From Takakia lepidozioides (taxonomy: Eukaryota > Plantae > Bryophyta): a stretch of 64,000 bases of DNA. Within the stretch, counting starts at the first letter, position 1. Each line of letters begins with the position of its first letter. A program made the position numbers and the translations under genes. Below, piece by piece: positions 49,102-61,645 of the stretch. Below the pieces are notes generated by a model that made no database searches, had not been told where the DNA came from, and saw nothing but the letters and a program-made list of their open reading frames with translations. The DNA lies in assembly GCA_030704615.1 (NCBI GenBank), contig CM060733.1:40610001-40674000 (forward strand), read 5' to 3'.

Positions 49102-50698
49102 GTGGAGGAGGTGCACATTGTGAGTGTCATTACGGAGTTACCCAAGGGTTTTGAGGGGAGTACGGCTACAAGCAGTGACAGTGAGAGTGGGGTCACAAGA
49201 CGAGGTATTCGGTTCAGACCACCTTCACCGCCACCCTCAACTACTGTAGCGTCAGACACAGACTCGGAGGCTTCATCAACAGGTGTGCACTTTCATTCGC
49301 CATTGTTGTGGGACGACATGGAGGTGATGTATGGAGCTACCAAGGGGCCTCGTAGGTACTCTGGAGCTGTGGGCACAATCGAGTTGGATGACTTTATCCA
49401 GGAGTTCGACAGCTGGTGTGATTTGCAGCAGATGCGCAATCCACAGCTATTCACCCCATTCATGGCGTGGAAGGGACTGTTCCAGCATTTGGAAGGCCCG
49501 CCTATGGACGATTACCACGAGTTCAGGCGAGGACATGAAGCAGAGATTGAGGAGTGGAGGATGTATTGGTCACCTGACTACGTCTCCATTACTCGAGGCA
49601 CGACGCGACCAGTAGCTGCATCAGTACCAATAGCTCCCACTGCCAGCACTAGTAGTGGAGCAAGTAGTGCTGGTACTTCTGAAGGTGGTACCAGTTCAAA
49701 AGGTGCTACTCTCCTGCCACGACTACAACACATTTGCCAAGATTCAACCCGGTGGTGGAGTTCTTCCAGGAGTTGCGGAGGAACTACCAAGGTGTACGGA
49801 CAGAGAAGCTGCGAAGTTTGCAAGACTTCCAGCGCAAACCCAGTGAGAGCCTGCGAGAGGCGTACACTCGTATGAGGCGCTTGATAAGTGTGACCCAAGG
49901 GGTTACTGAAGCTCAGGCAATCCAGTTTTGGTATGGAATTCTGGACAAGGAGCTCAAGAGAAGGGTGCGAGATGCAACCCTGTTACAAGCAGCCCAACCC
50001 ACATTAGCAGATGTGTTTCTGCTGGCTGAGCGGATTGAGCTCAACATGGTGGAGGAGCGAGTTGTTACAATTGGATTTGGTAAGGACATGCCTGTACGGG
50101 GCACAGCTGTCAGCCCACAAGCACAAGGGACTGCCCAACAGCGTGGTCAGGGGGGCAAGGTTGCCCAGCCCAAGTTCCATGGAGCTTACAGGGGACCTCA
50201 GGTGCAGAGGCCCGTGGCATCTTTTGCAGGCCAACAGCAACCAGGGGTGATATGTTGGACATGTGGAGGACCCCATGTCAAAGAGATTGCCCAGAGAGTG
50301 GCAGAAGGCCGGCACAAGCACAGCCTGCACAGTTGCAGTGTGGGCATTGTGGCAAGTATGGGCATGGAGATGCCCAGTGTTATGACTTGCATCCTGAGTT
50401 GCGCCCAGGCCAGTTCCAAGGGAACAATGGTGGCCGGGGGCGAGGTGGACCAGCCCAAAGAGGACGAGGTGGTCGGGCACGAGGTGCAGGCCAAGGGCAA
50501 GCTCCACATGGCCAAGGACGCGGAGGTCAGGGTGTTGACCAAGGCATGGCCAATCGGCTTCAGCAGCTAGAGCAGAGGCTCGCTGCCATGGCTATAGCTC
50601 AGGCGGTACCGGCTCCCAGGCGGGATGGCCACCTCCTGCTCCTGAGGGAGGAGATATGGGAGGCATGGGATTCATGTGCGGAGCAGCACTACCACTAG
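49102..50698 (+). pseudogene. gag: Gag (frameshifted) with two zinc knuckles
   Basis: RRYSG..ELDDFIQEFDSWC, LQDFQRKPSESLREAYTRMRRL, ICWTCGGPH and CGHCGKYGHGDAQC, RGG-rich tail; spread over three frames. Confidence 0.8.
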
Positions 50699-51235
50699 AG
50701 CAGGTGGAGTCTGCTGCAGCCGTGACTCGAGGAGCAACACGAGTTCCTGAGCCACGAGGTGCAGAGGTGGAGTTGGATCCACAACGTGGGGAGGCAAGCC
50801 GTCAGGCAAGGCTGCCTCAGTCATTCACCTTGGCGGAGACAGTGTCAACGCCATCCATGGCACCTAGTTCTCGCCCGACTGTTACCGAGGCGGAGGTTAC
50901 TATGCCATTGGGGAGAGCTACACGTGCAGCACTGACACCTGCTACCAAGGCTAGTGCAGCCGGTGTGTTATTGGGGGCAGCCACCTCTGTGTGTCAAGCC
51001 CCACTGTTCTCGGCAACCATGATTGCGACGCCGGGGTGAGACCAGCTGCAGTGTTCAGACTAGCAGCAACACTCTGCGAGAGTGGAGAGGTCACTTCATC
51101 TTCTGCGGAGTTAGTGGAAGGTGTAGTGGCAGAGGGATCCTCGGATTTGAGGGTCAAGACTGCCACGGCTGCGCCCTGGCAAGCTGCAGCTGCCAGGTTG
51201 ACGGAGCTGCCAGCTAGGCCAGCCTTGAGCGCGCC

Positions 51236-51700
51236 ATGGTGACACCTGGAGTTGTCTTGTTAGACAACCAGGGAGGCATTTTCACTTTGAGTGGACCGGC
51301 AGGCAAGAAGTACCGGCCACTGCGGGTCTTGTTGGACTCAGGAGCTCAGCCACTGATGTTGGGCAGAGCTGCTATTGCAGGTTTGGGCCTCATGGAGGCG
51401 GATATGGAGCCTTGTCCTTTCCAGATACAGACATCTCTGGGAGGATCAGAGCAGGCTCGCGGCATGACACGGCATCAGTTGGCTATTAGACTGCAGCCGG
51501 ATCATCCTGTAGATGGCTCAGTGATGCGAGCCAAGGCCATTGTGACAGACGCGGTCTCTTACGATGTCCTCGTTGGTGGGGCAGTGTTATACCCCATGGG
51601 CTTCACCCTGGATTTCTGGGAGGAGTCAGCATCCTACAGGCCTGGATGGCAGTCAGGGGATGGTCGCCGTGCACAGCTCCCTGTGACATTCATTGGGGGT
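51236..51700 (+). CDS. Retroviral-type aspartic protease domain of pol
   Basis: RVLLDSGAQP...YDVLVGGAVL. Confidence 0.85.
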
Positions 51701-52048
51701 ATTGCAGCTGCCCAGCGGGGCAAGATGCCAACACTAGCCGCCTTCACAGCTGCAGTTAGTTGGCCTGGAGAGTTGCTGGAAGGCAATGCCCATGCAGAGG
51801 ATGTGCCACCTCCAGCAGAGCAGGATGACATGCATGGTACGGCGGAGTTGCCTGCCATGGTTGCTCACACTCCGTTGTGGGGTACGAGCAAGGATTTGCA
51901 GCACGCTGCTGATGGACGGGTGCAACAAGCTTGGGTAGAAGCTTTTGTACCGTCAGGAGAGGAGGAGAGTGCGGTGATTGCACCAGGGCCACCTCAGTTG
52001 TCGCCATTGGACACCACACCTCTTGTGTGGCAGCGACCGGATGAAGGC

Positions 52049-53010
52049 ATATGCCTTCTGGACTTATTTGGCGGGATCAGCACTGGATTGGCTGCAGTGC
52101 TGCAGGCAGGTGTACGAGTTCGACGTTACCTGTATGTGGAGAGGGATGAGACTGCACGACGCGTCTCACTGCGCCATGTTGCTCAGATGGTGCAGCAGCA
52201 CCCTGAGTTGTTGCCGGTGTCTGCAGTTCGTGGATATCAGCAGCCTTGCCAGCAGACATTGCGTTGCTGGGGGCGCAGGATTTGGAGCGGGTTGGCTCCA
52301 TTGATCTGGTAGTGGCAGGTTGGCCCTGCCAAGGGCATTCATCAGCCGGGCATGGCAATGGATTGCGAGACTCGAGGACGGGTCTGTTTTGGGAGATGGT
52401 GCGGATTTTGCGCCACTTGCAGCTTCATCAGGCTGTATCTCCGGCATACATCTTGGAGAATGTGCCACTGATGGGTGATTCTCGGGCCAGGGTGATGGCC
52501 AGTGTGCATCAAGTCCGGTCGTGGCTTGGGTCAGCAGTATTGCTGGATGCAGCTGCAGTGGGGTCACGGGCTCATCGTCCACGACTATGGTGGACTAACT
52601 TGATGCCACCCGCACTGCTCAAGCGTGCATTTGATGGGGTGCAGCGGCCAGCACACCTCACCGTGGATGGCATTTTGGACACAGGAAGGCAGTCTCAACG
52701 TGTGAGACACGATGACCGTTCGCCTTTGGCAGTGGTCAACAGGGTGGGTCAACCACGAGCAGCATTACCTACACTGCTCAGCTTCCCAGGATCCCATGCT
52801 TTTCGGGATGGTGGACCTGGCCTCCTGTGGGATGCTCAGTTGCAGCAGTTAGTGGAGCCTAATGCCGACGAGCGAGAGCGGGCTATGGGGTTTTCCACTG
52901 GGACCACGGCGGTGCCTTCCCTTTCTGAGGCATCACGTCGTCAGGTGTTGGGGCAAGCAATGGATCTCAATTGCTTGACCTGGATTGTCAGCTTGGCTAT
53001 GGCTGAGCAA
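52049..53010 (+). CDS. C5 cytosine DNA methyltransferase domain (DNMT3-like) within pol; frameshift near 52245
   Basis: Motif I LDLFGGIS, II YVERD, IV AGWPCQ, VI ILENV, VIII HRPRLWWTN, IX ERERAMGF, X VLGQAMD, in canonical order. Confidence 0.92.
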
Positions 53011-53295
53011 CGTAGAGTGCGGAGTGCACTTCCCTTGATGGTCTCTCTGCCTACCGAGACGGTACAGGCAGCGAGTGGGGGCGAGCCGGTGAGGACCACG
53101 AGGTGTAGACATCCATGGCACATGTGGGAGGTGCTCGAGGTTCAGAGGGAGTTGGCAGCGAAGGCAGCTGTGATGGATGAGGTTGGGGATTCTTCTCGGG
53201 ATGAGGAGGTTCTCAATGATGAGATGATGGGGCAGGATGAGGCCTTGTCATTGACTGAGCAGGAAGGGGGTACTGCTCAAGAGGTTGCAGCATAG

Positions 53296-56200
53296 CAACC
53301 ACGGGACGCGTCCTCTACCTCTAAGCCCACTGGACTTAAGGTTGCAGTTACGGAGGACAATTGGGAGCCTGATATTGGACCCATTGTCACCGGAGGAGAG
53401 AGACGACGTATACGGCGGTTCCTGAGGGCTTACAGGAATTGCTTTGCCTTCAGTTTGAAGGACTTGGGAGCACTGAAGGGTCAAGAGATCCGTATTGAGT
53501 TGGCCACTGACACGCCAATCTTTCGGAGACCCTATAGATACAGTGACATGGAGAGGTCTTTGATTCAGATGAGGACTCAAGATCTCTGGGAGGCAGGTTT
53601 GGTGGAGCTCTCTGGTGGAGAGTATGCTTCAGCCACAGTGATGCCAGCTAAGAAGGATGTCTATGGCAATTGGACGGAGAGACGTATGTGCGGTGATTAC
53701 CGGCCTGTAAATCGTCAGACCAAGTCCGATAGGTATGCCATGCCAACACCAGAGGAGATCTTTGATGCCATTGGGCATTCCAAGGTCTTTAGCACGTTGG
53801 ATTTACGATCCGGATATCACCAGTTGCCGATCAAGGAGGCGGATAAGCAAAAGACGGCATTCTGGGGGATCAATGAGCACGGGAAGGATTGCCTATACCA
53901 GTGGCGGTTCTTACCATTTGGGCTTAAAAACGCTCCCGCTGAGTTTCAAAGAGTCATGGACAGGATTCTAGCAGGGGTGGAGTTTGCTCGGTGCTACATA
54001 GATGACATCATCATCTTTAGTGCTACGGTGGAGGAGCATGAGAGACACCTTCAGGGGGTATTTGAGCGCTTGAGGACGCACGGATTGAAGTTACATCCGG
54101 GCAAGTGCAAGTTTTTCCACAACCAGATTGAGTATCTGGGTCACATGATATATCCTGGAGGATTGGGGGTACAGCAGACTAAGGTAGAGTCCATTGCACA
54201 GGTTCCACGCCCCACGGATGTGAGCCGAGTTCGAGCTTTCATGGGGTTAGCAAACTATTACAGACGGTTTGTTAAGGGATTTAGTGCCATTGCAAAGGCT
54301 CTAACCAAGCTGACCAAGGTGGACCAGGAGTGGCAGTGGGAAGATGAGCAAGAACAAGCTTTTCAAGAGCTCAAGGCGAGGTTGACCTCGGCGCCCATCT
54401 TGAGACGACCTATCAGGGGGCGTCCTTTTCAGCTGCATACAGATTGGAGCATGCTGGGGCTTGGAGCGGTGCTCACACAGGTGGATGATGAGGGAAGAGA
54501 GTTCGTAGTGGCTTATGCTAGCCGCTCGAACAATGCTGCAGAGTCTAAGTATAGCTCATATGAGGGAGAATGCTTAGCTGCAGTGTGGGCCGTGGCACAC
54601 TTCAGGTGCTATTTATACGGCAATCTCTTCACCCTTGTCACGGATCACCAACCACTCAAGTGGTTGATGGAGTCAGACAAGCTTACGGGGAAGCTTGCAC
54701 GGTGGGCACTCATCCTTCAAGAGTATGACTTTCAGGTGGTGCATCGACCGGGTTTGGTCAATCGAAATGCAGATGGGTTGAGTCGCAATCCATGCACGAG
54801 CCAGCAGGATGACACTGGAGCTCGGTGGCATGGTGAGACGGACGAGGAGATGGTGCCCGGATGGCATGCATCTGCATTTCTGTGTATCTTGGCAGCGGAA
54901 GGCCAGGTTGGACCTACAACAGGGATGACTGTAGATCAAGTGTCTGAGGACCCTGAGGCCAGCAATGAGCAGGGTGGCGCCAAAGATATACATGAGGATT
55001 CAGTTGTGTTGGACTACCTCCGCAGTGGAGACACGGCAGCCACTATGACTGCCAAGGAGAGGGATCGGATCCTACAACGAGCCAAGAGGTTCAGGTGGGA
55101 GGGGACACACCTGCTCCGAGTGTGGGAGGATGGTCGAGTGAGGATTGTGCCTCACCCAACACAGCGGGCACGGTTAGTGCGGCATGCCCATGAGGAGTTG
55201 GGGCATTTTGGGGTGCGACGCACTCATAGTCTACTGCAGGGGCAGTATTGGTGGCGTGGTATGCACACAGAGGTACAACACTTTGTGGCTAGGTGCATGG
55301 TGTGTGACAGGGTGCGTGCTTCATTCAACGCCCCTACTCCACAATTGCACCCTCTTCCGATCATGGGATTGGGCTACAGGTGGAGTCTTGACTTCGCAGG
55401 GCCGTTGCCACTGACCATGCGCCACAACAAGTACGTGTTGGTGATGGTGGAGCACTTCTCCAAGTGGATTGAATTGGTTCCATTGCCTGATAAGGCTAGT
55501 GAGGGAGCTGCGTATGCATTCCTGGATTGTGTGCTTAGCCGATTCGGTGCTCCAGCTGAGGTACTCACGGACCAAGGGAGAGAGTTCTTGGGGAGTTTCA
55601 GGCTTTGTGTGACAAAGCCTTGATAGACCACCGCACCACTTCTCGGGATCATCCTGAAGCCGATGGCTTGGCAGAGAGAGTTGTTCAGACAGTAAAGAGG
55701 GGTTTGCGCAAGTATGGCTTGCAGAAGGGACACCTAGGAGATTGGGACCTTCAGTTACCCTGGTTAGCCATGGGCTACAGGTTCAGCAAGCAAGCATCAC
55801 TTGCCTCTTTCTCACCATACTTTCTTCTCTTTGGCCGAGAGCCGGATTTGCCTACATCCATTCGCAGAGAAGCTGCTACAGTTCTTAACCTTGACGATCC
55901 GGACGTGTGGGCACGTGCATGTGAGCAGCGTGCAGAGTTGTTCAAGAGAGTCATGCCCATGGCTTTCGAGAACCTTGCCATTGCACAACACCGTGATACG
56001 TTGAGGTATGCTACCATACGTGGTGGGGGCTATCGTCCTGGGGTTCGGAGATTCAACCCTGGTGACTATGTCTATCTGCAGCAGACTGCTCCTACGACCC
56101 TGGATGTGACTGCAGGACGTGTTATTTGGAGGGTTCGAGAGGTCTTGCCCTCAGGCGTCTTGGTCTTGGAGGGTCGGGATGGCATCACTTGGAAGGACCA

Positions 56201-56429
56201 TGTGCGTAATTGTGCGCCATGTCACCTTCCGAATGTCGATGGCAGGATTGACCCAAACCTGGCAGTGGTATCTGCAGGTTTGAGGTGCATGTTGTGTGGG
56301 TCTGCTAAAGGGGCAGCCACCATGCTGGTATGTGATCGGTGCTCTAGAGGTTGGCATATGGGATGCTTGACTCCACCTCTTGAGATGGTTCCGGATGGGG
56401 ATTGGTTATGTCCACATTGCATTGGATAG
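53296..56429 (+). CDS. pol: RT - RNase H - integrase - PHD finger (frameshift near 55600)
   Basis: RMCGDYRPVN, LDLRSGYHQ, LPFGLKNAP, YIDD, HTDWS, TDHQPL, HHCC (HEELGHFG..CMVC), LDFAGP..TDQG..AERVVQTVK, C-terminal CMLC..CDRC..WHMGC..WLCPHC. Confidence 0.95.
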
Positions 56430-56689
56430 TGGGAGTGGATACAACCATGGGAGGTTAACAAGAAACGCAAGACCCAGCTACTAGGAGACCTTGAACACAC
56501 GAGATCTTGGCTCAAGTTCATAGATTGCAAGACGGCGACTAACGATGGGGCTACTCTTGTACCCGGCCTCTTGGTTGATAGAGTTTGAGCACGATAAAGA
56601 CAGTGATAGAGGACTTAGTACGGCTGTGGCTATTACATCTTGTAGCTATCTGGAGGTAGAGGGACCTATCCACCAGCTAGGGGGGCGAT

Positions 56690-57127
56690 TGTGCTAGACT
56701 ACTTTATTGTGCATATATGTGTGGTGTGGTTTGGACAGCGATGTAGTTGTGTAGCGATATGGATGCGCACGACAGCTGTCAAGTTAAATAAGCACAGTGT
56801 GAAAACAGCTAGAATAAAACTAGTTATTTGTATTTAACACTTGGATTTAGGTCAAGTGTTAAATCAGGTGTCAAGTTTAGTTTGACACCTGGTCTGTCTT
56901 ATCTTCACGAGAGCGGCAGTCGCGCAGCTCATCTCTCTCGAGTTGAGCCTGCGCGACCGAGCTCCTGCATGCGTTTAGATCTGAGTGTACTCATGATGGG
57001 AGTGTAGGTTGTTGTGGGGTGGAGTCCCCATAGCTTGGGGTGCCCCTGGCTCGACTTCTATTATAAAGAGTGATAGCGATGGATTTCATATGTTTTGTGT
57101 CAACAGTGTCTCTATGCTTGTTTATCA
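56690..57127 (+). repeat. 3' LTR
   Basis: Starts TG just after the PPT (AGGGGGG), ends TTATCA followed by the TSD. Confidence 0.88.
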
Positions 57128-60100
57128 GTAAAGATGTTTGCATGGGACAAATTTACCTCTCTTTCCAATGGAGCTGTTTATCGTGTTGTCGAAGTCCGGG
57201 CATGTGCAATTAGGAAAATTCCAAATAGTAATGTTATAAGTCCTATCATGAAGAACCGATCCCGAAGTCACCATACTGTATACCCGCCCATAGCCTGGAG
57301 GGAAGACATTAACAATTTGGGTAACCCGACACTGCAGGGTTCTCGCAGACTCAATTTTGCACTGGTTATCTGCACCTGCCTCAACACGACGAACCGGTTT
57401 TCCATTCCTTTTCGTTGGCCAGTCGTTCCCATGTGGTGGACGTATACGGAATGCGGATGGCGTACCACGACATGATGTTGGTGTTAGGACTGTTGGGCCT
57501 CTTAGAAGTCGAAACCCAGCATCCTCCAGCATGTCTATCTTTTGTTTGGAGAGAGATGTTCCGACCTTGACTGGACAGACGACAGGGATGGTAGGCTTGC
57601 TGATGACTGAATCTCGACCAGTCCCCATCACACAACGCTGAATGTCATCGGGGCAGAACCAGAACTTGTGAGGTCTAGACTCCCGCGCTGAGTAATATTT
57701 GAACAAACCTGTGAATGTCGGTGCTGGAGTCCCGCCAGCGCCTCTATAAATTTTAGTTGTGCACTTCACAAAAGACAGTGCCCTGATAGCAGAATAACCA
57801 ACTTTCGATCCTTTCGGAGTCCGTTCTATGTGCCACATTGCATCACCACAATCGGTCTCCTCAACCGACAACAGTGTCCGTTTTTCTCCCCGTGCCGGAG
57901 CTGTCGCATATGCTGCATCGAAATCTGCAGAAGAACCCGCATCCACAGATGAAGAAGTACATCTGAAATTGGGTGGCACAGGCACACGAGGTATGGAGAA
58001 ATTGTCTCTATCATGCCGATGGGAGTCACCAGCCGATCCTGGAGGGGTGTCCAGTTTGTACTTGCATGATCCGAATCTCTCCTCACCTTCAAGATGTGGG
58101 AGCCTGGACTGCAAAGGTGTTCCAATCGTGTACTCGTTAACAGCCCGCGCCATTTTTGCAGGATGCTTGCATCTGTTAGCAACCTTGAGCAGCAACTCTG
58201 CCCTGTCCGGCCCCTTACCAGCACCCCGTCCCCTCATAAAGTCTCGGTATTTTGTTTGTTGCGAAAGAGCGCGGATAAGGTCATCTGCAGTTGCAACGTA
58301 AAGGTTCCGGCCGTTCTTATCGGATTGCGCCATCCACATACTATGAACAGTCTCCGCGAGATTGCAGGATGGCATATCCGCAATGTCTTCCAGTGACATA
58401 TTCTGCAGGTAAATGCCACACACATATTATGTGGAGCAGCATTCAGCTGGACTGGACTGGACAGCAAGGCCGCTGGTGCACACCCCCATATATATAAGAA
58501 GAATTGAAAATCATGGTAGTATGAGTCTAACTTACAGCGGTCATGAAGGCACCCCACTGTCTATATCTGAAGTGCCAAAAGCCCAACCAGTCTTCTAGCT
58601 CTTTGATCCCCTCCAGACTCGCCGCCTCAGAGGAGTACCACCATGCTCTGATAGTCTGAAACATGGCATTTGCTTCCCTTTCTGTGGTGGCATCTTTGTA
58701 TAGACGGCATAGTCGCAGGTGCTCCTCTTGCAACTCCAATTTTATGGAATTTTTTGTGTGCCAACGAAGGGACTGGGTCCAATGAAAGAGGCAAGTGCGT
58801 TCCCAGCCTTGCATTGGTATTTTTGGGTCACCAGAGCCAAATACACTCCGCACAGCATTCCAATTAGCTTGTGCGCTGTCTGCCATGAACCCTGTGAAAT
58901 TTGCATTTGGCAAACCATGAACTCTCATGACGTTAACTAGAGCCTTCCACATAAGAATTTGGGACTCTGTGTCCTCCGACTGCATGTCACAAACAGTAAT
59001 AGTCATAACTCGCATACACATGACAGGCCATGGTCGTCCAATCCTTCACTCGCTTCACGTGATCAAACATTACCCAGGACTTATGAAGATCACCCCCGAC
59101 TGCATTCTACGCACCAGGCTAACTCCAGAACCAATTCTAGGATGCTATCTATGTATCATTTGTTGCCTGCCCCAGTCCTAAGAACGTTGATTTGATAACG
59201 AGCATTTGGAGAAGCCAATGTTGAGAAATGGTCCATCACAAAGTCAAGCGATGCACTATCAAACTTAGTCGTTGTCTCGTCTGACTCACCCAGCAGATGT
59301 TTGTGCATGAAGCCTTTGCTTGCTGCCATAGCAATGGCTGATGGTGATGCAGTGGGAGCATTTTGAAATTAACGCACTGTCTCAACACTCTCCCTGCAAT
59401 CTCCTCGTGACACTGGATGGGCATGGGTGCCAAAATGGATACAAGCCCGTGTGAGGTGGTTGATACGGTGCAGTACGTAGTACATCCGTGCATTGCATTC
59501 CGCCATGCATAGTGGCACGACTTTGCAAAACTTGCAAACGACGGAACTGCTCTTTGGAGGAGCACACCCTACTTGAAATGGGTTGTCGCAGACTCCCTCC
59601 CACTCCGTCTCATTTGCCACACCGGCCATCTAGAAATGCTGGCAATCCGAATTTGCACAATGCAAATGCCCGGCGCAAATGGATCTCCGAAACTTCAGGC
59701 CATGCGGATTACAGATATTGGAAGTTTTAGTCCGACACCATGGGTGTTCATCGTGTTTTTTGTCCATGCCTGCCATGAGTCCAGCCAAACCTCCACATGA
59801 CGTCGGAGGTGGCAGTTCAAAAACGATGTCTCCATCAAAGTAAGGGGGTAGAAATTTCGTTCTTTGGATCCGCTGTGTTTCCCAAACAATGCCTCTCACA
59901 TCGCTCTTGCATCTTGGCAATCCTCTCAACGACTGCAACTTGGGAATGACACTAATGATCTCTTGGACATCGGGGTCTACCAAGATAGGAGGGTTCGTAG
60001 GAAGAGGGACCTCCGTGACATTGTCTTCCGAACTGTCCGAGAGCTCGACAAATGTCGTGGAGGTAGTTTCTTCTGTCTTGATGGGGACCGACTTTGGCGC

Positions 60101-60427
60101 CTGCGCCACCAAAGCTGTTGTTCCGGGCGTGAGTATAGTGTCCGATGAAAGGCGTCTCTGATCTCCATGAACGCGGTACTTGGCGGGTGGAACTCTCCAC
60201 TCTCTTCGACCATCCCGTTTATGCGGCTTCTGAACCTGCGTTCCCTCGACCTTCCCAATACTGTCGTACACCTCTCTGACCACATGGACGGTCCCCGGCT
60301 CAAAGCGGAATGTTATACAAATCAAATCCTCCTCAGCAACGGCCAGGCCATTGTCGTCGGCCACGGCGCTCAGGTACTCGGCTTGCAGAGGGGAGTACAG
60401 TATTACCACGTCTGAGGTGGGAGACAT
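57128..60427 (-). pseudogene. MULE transposase B with GCM-like domain and SWIM zinc finger (stops, deletions around 59020-59370, LTR insertion)
   Basis: HPWCRTKTSN..HFGTHAHPV, FMADSAQANWNAV..CLFHW, intron 58535-58403 at the same position as in copy A, SCNLAETVH, SWIM CTCPDF...PCKHLY. Confidence 0.85.
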
Positions 60428-60528
60428 GGTACGCATGGATTGGGATGAAGCACACTCGACAATGTGGGGGACTCCTATTCTGTGTTCATACTGTTTATCT
60501 TCGCACAGTGTACTTTCTCTTTCCCAAG

Positions 60529-61495
60529 AACGTCATTGTTAGTGCAAAGAAGAGGACGCGTAGGAAGTCTCTTTACTACACGTCAGCGAGGCAGAGGTTG
60601 AAAGCCAAAGAGAGAATAAGGAAGACTCGGAGGGCGCTTGATCTTTCCGAGGGGGAGAGTGACCGTGAAGGGGAGGGATCTGCTGGCGAAGGGTTACAAA
60701 ATAGGGAAGTTGCGGAGCCATCTGTGGAAAAGCAGTTGGAGGAGCTTTTGAAACTTCCCCTTTTGCGTGAGGCTGGGATGGAAAGAATGCCACCTATAAG
60801 AGAGGAGGAAGGCATGCCAGGCAGTGATGTTACTCCTGTGCAGGAGGTTGTAACGAAGCAGGTGGCCGTGAATACCCAGGAGCGCCAATCCAACACAGCG
60901 CTGTCTTGGCGGGCGTTGAAGGACAAGGCACAAGTGGGAGGCAGCATGCGAGCAGTGGATTTGGAGACGGACAGCGCTGAACAGAGTCTCCTTCAGGTAG
61001 CACCACCATTGCCATGCATAGTTCAGTTTGTTTTTGCATTGTTAGAGATGAAAACTGGTGGAGCCATCGAAGTATGCCCTGCATTTTAAGATGTCGTTGA
61101 CGACAGCTTAATCTGCAATCGCATCCTCCCCGCCTTACCCTCCTCTCTGTTTCCCTCATGTTCCAATGCAGTGCCAAATTAAGGTGTCATCAACACAAGC
61201 TTAAAATGGGCCTGATTTGTCTTTCAAACAATGTGTGATGTTTTTCAGAGGATACGGAAGAAAGCCTGGGAGAGTCTCCGAGAGATACCAGCCGAGAAGA
61301 ACGCACCAAACCAGAACCCTGAAGTGGACGTCAACGTGGTGACTGAGGAGGAGGTGCCCAGGGTTCACTCTCCACAGCGGGCTAGGGCAACAGTGGAGCA
61401 GCCAGTGGACACACAGCCACGAGTGAAGGGGAAGACACAAGTGCAAGGAACAATGCGAGAAGGGGTCTTCCAGCGGCCGTCCAAAGCCTGCGAAG
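60529..61495 (+). CDS. Putative upstream exons of ParB-like gene B (basic then acidic low-complexity sequence)
   Basis: RRKSLYYTS motif shared with 4105-4482; ORFs 60310-61089 and 61231-61506 with plausible AG/GT sites. Confidence 0.45.
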
Positions 61496-61645
61496 GTTTG
61501 TTCTAGCTTGCCCATTCTCATTTCTGAGGGTTGTTGTGAAGCAGAAAAGAGGTGCTAAAGTTCGAAGTCTGCCATGGCTTTTTGAAGCAAAGAAGACAAG
61601 GCTGGTGGGTTATTCAAAGAGTTTGATACGGACAGAAGGAGGCTG

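Larger units (their letters stand above)
44793..57127 (+). mobile_element. Full-length Ty3/Gypsy LTR retrotransposon carrying DNMT and PHD domains
   Basis: TG...CA ends; 4-bp TSD GTAA (44789-44792 / 57128-57131); 351-bp direct repeat 44854-45204 / 56777-57127 with one visible mismatch; gag-PR-(DNMT)-RT-RH-IN order; PPT at about 56679-56685. Confidence 0.95.
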
